Virus record (IMG/VR): IMGVR_UViG_3300025832_000001
Length of the DNA stretch: 64,000 nt
DNA from: a virus
Direction: 5' to 3' (one strand)
Part shown: in pieces, positions 60,675 through 64,000 of the stretch
Position numbering within the stretch: position 1 is the first letter of the stretch
How the letters are laid out: every line of letters begins with the position of its first letter
The notes under the pieces: model-generated
Seen by the model: the letters and a program-made list of their open reading frames with translations, nothing else
Databases searched by the model: none
What the model was told of the DNA's origin: nothing
Translations under genes and position numbers: made by a program

Positions 60675-60773
60675 TTATATCTTTTATTATTTAATCTATT
60701 GTAATGTTTGTCTAATAATAGGTTTGCTACCTCTTCTGATATTAAGTTATCGTTGTATAATTGCCATATTAAT

Positions 60774-61607
60774 TTACTCATAATTACGTATACATTTAAA
60801 TAGTGGGTGTCTATAGCTATTTGCTTTAGTTCGCTGGAAATAAGTAAAGGTAGCACGCTTGCCAATATAAAAATCAACGTTCTTAAGCATATTAGCTAAA
60901 TCCTTGTAGGAATAACCTTTACCTGGTGGACAACCAAACTGTATACCTTCGTCATCTATCATTATGAATTTGCCAAGTGTGCCTGTCCTTTTACCTTTAC
61001 CCGCTACATAACCAACAATAGTTGCTTCTGTATCACTAAAGTCTTTAAATTTCATTAAGTCGTAAGACCTACCGTGTTTGTATAGACCATCTAGCCTTAT
61101 AATACTACCTTCGTAACCTTGATCTAAGAAATCAACGTGAAGATCTCGAGCGTAATTATAACTATCAACAAGCTTCGCGGGTACATACTTGATTTGAGCA
61201 TCATATATAGTTGATGTTACAAGCTGTTGCATACGAGTTTTATAGCTGTCATACATGACACCGTCAAAGTAATCGTACACGTGGAATTGCACAAGATGTT
61301 GAGCATCTAATCTATCATCTGCGGTAGGTTTTTGCTTACGAACTAATGATATAATTTTTTCGAAATCATTTTTAAGCTTGTGATTATACAACTCACCGTC
61401 GAGTATTACATCTGGATTTTGCTTAAAAAATGATATAAGTGCTAACTCAATATGAGCTAGATTTTTAAATTGTTTGCCGGTACGAGAAAACGCTCCGTCT
61501 TTTGTAAACAGACAACGAACTCCATCCAACTTAGGTTGTATGTATACCGGTTGAGCCCAATCAACTCGATTGTCATCGAACTTGTGGGCTAACATTGGTT
61601 TTTGCAT
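60774..61607 (-). CDS. lig: ATP-dependent DNA ligase
   Basis: 277 aa. Motif I QPKLDGVRC (K-x-D-G adenylation lysine). Motif III DGELY. Motif IV EGSIIR. Motif V LMKFK. Confidence 0.9.
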   Translation of the reverse strand: MQKPMLAHKFDDNRVDWAQPVYIQPKLDGVRCLFTKDGAFSRTGKQFKNLAHIELALISFFKQNPDVILDGELYNHKLKNDFEKIISLVRKQKPTADDRLDAQHLVQFHVYDYFDGVMYDSYKTRMQQLVTSTIYDAQIKYVPAKLVDSYNYARDLHVDFLDQGYEGSIIRLDGLYKHGRSYDLMKFKDFSDTEATIVGYVAGKGKRTGTLGKFIMIDDEGIQFGCPPGKGYSYKDLANMLKNVDFYIGKRATFTYFQRTKANSYRHPLFKCIRNYE

Positions 61608-61909
61608 TATTTAAATTTATTTAATTTTTTTTCTATTTTAATTATTTTCGTCTTTAATTCTTCACATCTATTATAATCTTCTACTTTTAGATTAAAGTCT
61701 AATTGTGTCATTAAAGCAGCGAGCTCAGCTAGTAATTCTTGCTCTTCATCTTCTTCGGTTATTATTTCTTGACCTTGAAGTATGCCTTCTAGTACTAGAT
61801 GAGATATTCTTTCTGCTAATTTTTCAATTTCTTCGTTTGTCATATATATATTATCCAAATCAATTCGTATTAAGTCTGTAAAAGTTCCAGTCAGTGTAAT
61901 CCATTTCAT
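61607..61909 (-). CDS. Hypothetical acidic coiled-coil protein (likely start at Met23, nt 61843)
   Basis: 100 aa track ORF. The 61843 start avoids a 50-nt overlap with the upstream gene. Confidence 0.4.
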   Translation of the reverse strand: MKWITLTGTFTDLIRIDLDNIYMTNEEIEKLAERISHLVLEGILQGQEIITEEDEEQELLAELAALMTQLDFNLKVEDYNRCEELKTKIIKIEKKLNKFK

Positions 61910-62321
61910 TGTTATATTTTTCTATAACTTTTTCTATTGGTAAAACAAAAACATTTTCACTTTTATAATTATCATAACAGCTAATCCATACATCAGGTTT
62001 ACCTGTCCATAATATATATGTATAGTGATGATCTATACAATCTACACTAGGGTATAAATATTGACTGTTATAATGAAAATCTTTTACTAAATGAGAGGCT
62101 ATACGAGATGCATCGCCAAAATTAGTAAATCCTTGATCTTGTTGCATATGCTTCACCCAGTTAGCTAACTGTACACCCTGCCATTCAGGGTAACCATCAT
62201 GATGTAAATACATATTTACATAGCTTTTGTCAGATAACAAAGTTGGCTTACAAGCAAAACCAAGGTGATTGTGTTGAGCATCTGCTCTGTTCACAACCAT
62301 AGTTAAGTTTCTTGTGCTCAT
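61860..62321 (-). CDS. Hypothetical protein
   Basis: 153 aa ORF, rich in His/Tyr/Trp. Confidence 0.45.
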   Translation of the reverse strand: MSTRNLTMVVNRADAQHNHLGFACKPTLLSDKSYVNMYLHHDGYPEWQGVQLANWVKHMQQDQGFTNFGDASRIASHLVKDFHYNSQYLYPSVDCIDHHYTYILWTGKPDVWISCYDNYKSENVFVLPIEKVIEKYNNEMDYTDWNFYRLNTN

Positions 62322-62509
62322 TATTTGTTGTTTTGTGCTTTATAGTCTATAATAAAGCCGGTTAATACTATTAAATTCATACCTACACTAGCAAGAAGCT
62401 CGTATAAAGCGTGAAAAGAGTGAATAGATAAATGTACATGCCCCACTACCCAAAACGGAATAGCAAGATTTTGACTTACCCATATTATTGTATATTTTAT
62501 AAATTTCAT
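62321..62509 (-). CDS. Small membrane protein
   Basis: 62 aa with two hydrophobic segments. Begins 3 nt downstream of the tRNA. Confidence 0.35.
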   Translation of the reverse strand: MKFIKYTIIWVSQNLAIPFWVVGHVHLSIHSFHALYELLASVGMNLIVLTGFIIDYKAQNNK

Positions 62510-62511
62510 TG

Positions 62512-62585
62512 GTGCGCAGGGAGGATTCGAACCTCCGACCTCTAGCTTATGAGGCTAGCGAGCTGACCATCTGCTCTACCGCGCA
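62512..62585 (-). tRNA. tRNA with CAT anticodon (elongator Met, or Ile2 if lysidine-modified)
   Basis: Hand-folded cloverleaf on the - strand. Acceptor TGCGCGG/CTGCGCA (one G-U). D arm GAGC-AGATGGTCA-GCTC. Anticodon arm CTAGC-CTCATAA-GCTAG. Variable loop AGGTC. T arm GGAGG-TTCGAAT-CCTCC. No initiator features (no 3 G-C pairs in the anticodon stem). The 3' CCA is not encoded (C-CAA). Confidence 0.85.
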
Positions 62586-62588
62586 ATT

Positions 62589-62861
62589 TTAATCTAGTAA
62601 TGCCATATATGCACTACTATTATTATTTCTAAACCACCTTAGTGCTTTATCAAAATCCCTTATTATTTCATCATTGGCTCTATTTGAGCCAGTTGCAAAT
62701 ACCATATTACAACCCATTATAAAGTCATAAATTGACAGTTCTAACCCTGTTAGATCGAAACTTTCTCCTGAAAAAGGATTTGTTACTGTGTCGCCTTTCG
62801 TATATATTTGTCCTGTAAACCATTTAGGTGCTTGTTTTTTAGTTGTTTTGTTCATATTCAT
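62589..62861 (-). CDS. Hypothetical protein
   Basis: 90 aa ORF. Confidence 0.4.
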   Translation of the reverse strand: MNMNKTTKKQAPKWFTGQIYTKGDTVTNPFSGESFDLTGLELSIYDFIMGCNMVFATGSNRANDEIIRDFDKALRWFRNNNSSAYMALLD

Positions 62862-63282
62862 AACCTTCTTCTATCAGTTCGTGTTCTACTTCTTGTTTAA
62901 TATCGTTGACATAAGCGTCATAAACCTGCATTACAGCGTCTTCTACATAGTAAGCCTCTAGGTCATCTACGTATATTAACTCATTATAGTCAGTCATAGC
63001 TTCTACTAGTTTCTCTGAAAGTTCATTATCGTAATAGTGAACATCTTCATTTATACATATATTTCTGCCATCACCAGATGTTGTAACCCATACTTCATAG
63101 CCATCAGCTGTAGTTTCAGCGTATATACTGTAGTCGGGTGTGCCATTCCAGTTATCTGTTAGTTCAAAATCATAGTGTTTTTGTATAACTACTAAAGCTT
63201 CGTCATTTTCAATATCAAATTTAACACCATGCGCTTCTAATCTTTGATCGATTAGATCTTCTGTTATTAGTTTTTTACCCAT
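62839..63282 (-). CDS. Highly acidic early protein
   Basis: 147 aa. By hand count about 38 D/E against 8 K/R. Lies near the promoter-proximal end of the - arm. Confidence 0.45.
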   Translation of the reverse strand: MGKKLITEDLIDQRLEAHGVKFDIENDEALVVIQKHYDFELTDNWNGTPDYSIYAETTADGYEVWVTTSGDGRNICINEDVHYYDNELSEKLVEAMTDYNELIYVDDLEAYYVEDAVMQVYDAYVNDIKQEVEHELIEEGYEYEQNN

Positions 63283-63514
63283 TATTTATAATTTTATCAC
63301 CATACATAAAGCTGAAAGAGGACATATCGTAGCTATTTATACTTGAATAAGTCATTAGATCTTTCATTTCATCGATAGTAAGTTCATTCCACATTAACTT
63401 TGACATTAACGTGTATTTTAATCTTTTAGCGGTGCTGTACTTTCTAGCACTAGCTTGTAATTCTTTTTTAACGTCGGGCAATAACTTGTCGTAGACGGAT
63501 TTAATTTTACTCAT
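63275..63514 (-). CDS. Hypothetical protein
   Basis: 79 aa ORF overlapping both neighbours by 8 nt. Confidence 0.4.
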   Translation of the reverse strand: MSKIKSVYDKLLPDVKKELQASARKYSTAKRLKYTLMSKLMWNELTIDEMKDLMTYSSINSYDMSSFSFMYGDKIINNG

Positions 63515-63920
63515 ATTTTTTCCAGTTTTTAAGATAATAATTTAACATGTATACCATTCTTGTTAATGGATTGTGTATTAAGGCTCTAGCTTTACCTTCA
63601 CCTTTGTGTATTTCAATCAATCCATCACTATTAAGAGATACCCATTGTTGTTTTTGTGTGTACTGAGGATTTATTTGATATGCTGAGTGACAACCATTTT
63701 GTCTTCTAACATAACCTGATTTAAACGTAGCTAATCTTAATCTCTCACTTTTTTTCCAACCTGGTCTGCTAGGACAAGGAAATTCAAACTCTCTAGTGCC
63801 ATTTTTAGCTTGCCTTTGAGTAGTTATTTCTTTAATGTTGTACTCGATTAATAACCTACGTGCGTAGGAATCCTCGAGCATTTGGCGTTCTTGTTGCCAA
63901 GTGTACTTACTTTGGTTCAT
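63507..63920 (-). CDS. Hypothetical protein
   Basis: 137 aa ORF. Confidence 0.45.
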   Translation of the reverse strand: MNQSKYTWQQERQMLEDSYARRLLIEYNIKEITTQRQAKNGTREFEFPCPSRPGWKKSERLRLATFKSGYVRRQNGCHSAYQINPQYTQKQQWVSLNSDGLIEIHKGEGKARALIHNPLTRMVYMLNYYLKNWKKYE

Positions 63921-63936
63921 ATTTATTTAATTTTAG

Positions 63937-64000
63937 TGGAAGTGGGCGGAATCGAACCGCCGTTTAAGTTAGTGTGACTTTCGTCTCCTATTTCTTAGCT
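63937..64000 (-). tRNA. tRNA-like element, 3' portion only (truncated by the window edge); identity unresolved
   Basis: The - strand reads ...GGCGG-TTCGATT-CCGCC-CACTTCC-A, a canonical T arm, 3' acceptor strand and discriminator ending at 63937. Upstream sequence (AGCTAAGAAATAGGAGACGAAAGTCACACTAACTTAAAC) does not fold by hand into a standard anticodon arm. Confidence 0.45.

Noticed and set aside
63937-64000. The tRNA 3' fragment as an attP site of a temperate phage
   Set aside because: No integrase, excisionase or repressor-type module is visible in 64 kb, and the gene content is lytic-like. This cannot be excluded without the rest of the genome.

Overview
This AT-rich window looks like most of the genome of a tailed dsDNA phage. 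Coding density is near 95% and no rRNA, CRISPR array, transposase or integrase is visible. Genes lack Shine-Dalgarno sites and have A/T-rich leaders, which suggests a Bacteroidota/Flavobacteriia-type host (inference). Two convergent arms meet at a bidirectional terminator near 48.63 kb. The + arm (1-48.6 kb) is late/structural. It carries two repeat-built tail fibres (829 and 1921 aa, the latter ending in a peptidase-S74 chaperone domain), three tandem LamG paralogues, a GroEL/GroES pair and a block of small basic proteins. It continues with the terminase, portal, scaffold and capsid genes, large tail/core proteins including a 2469-aa giant, an M15 endolysin and spanin-like genes. The - arm (48.7-64 kb) is early/replication. 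It carries class I RNR alpha and beta subunits, a 2OG-Fe(II) oxygenase, a T7 endonuclease-I-like resolvase and two all-alpha NTP pyrophosphohydrolases. It also carries a thymidylate-synthase-superfamily enzyme resembling dCMP hydroxymethylase, a gp4-like primase-helicase, SSB, a PD-(D/E)XK exonuclease with Erf, a sigma factor, an ATP-dependent ligase, tRNA-Met(CAT) and a truncated tRNA-like element. The leads most worth follow-up are: a candidate modified-cytosine pathway; the giant virion protein with zincin and HAD-phosphatase motifs; the phage chaperonin pair plus a possible second Cpn10-like gene; a minimal nucleotidyltransferase inside the structural module; a GC-rich patch in the terminase gene; and an identical GC-rich 17-mer repeated through the fibre genes. 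All calls rest on hand-read motifs, size and synteny. No database search was run.
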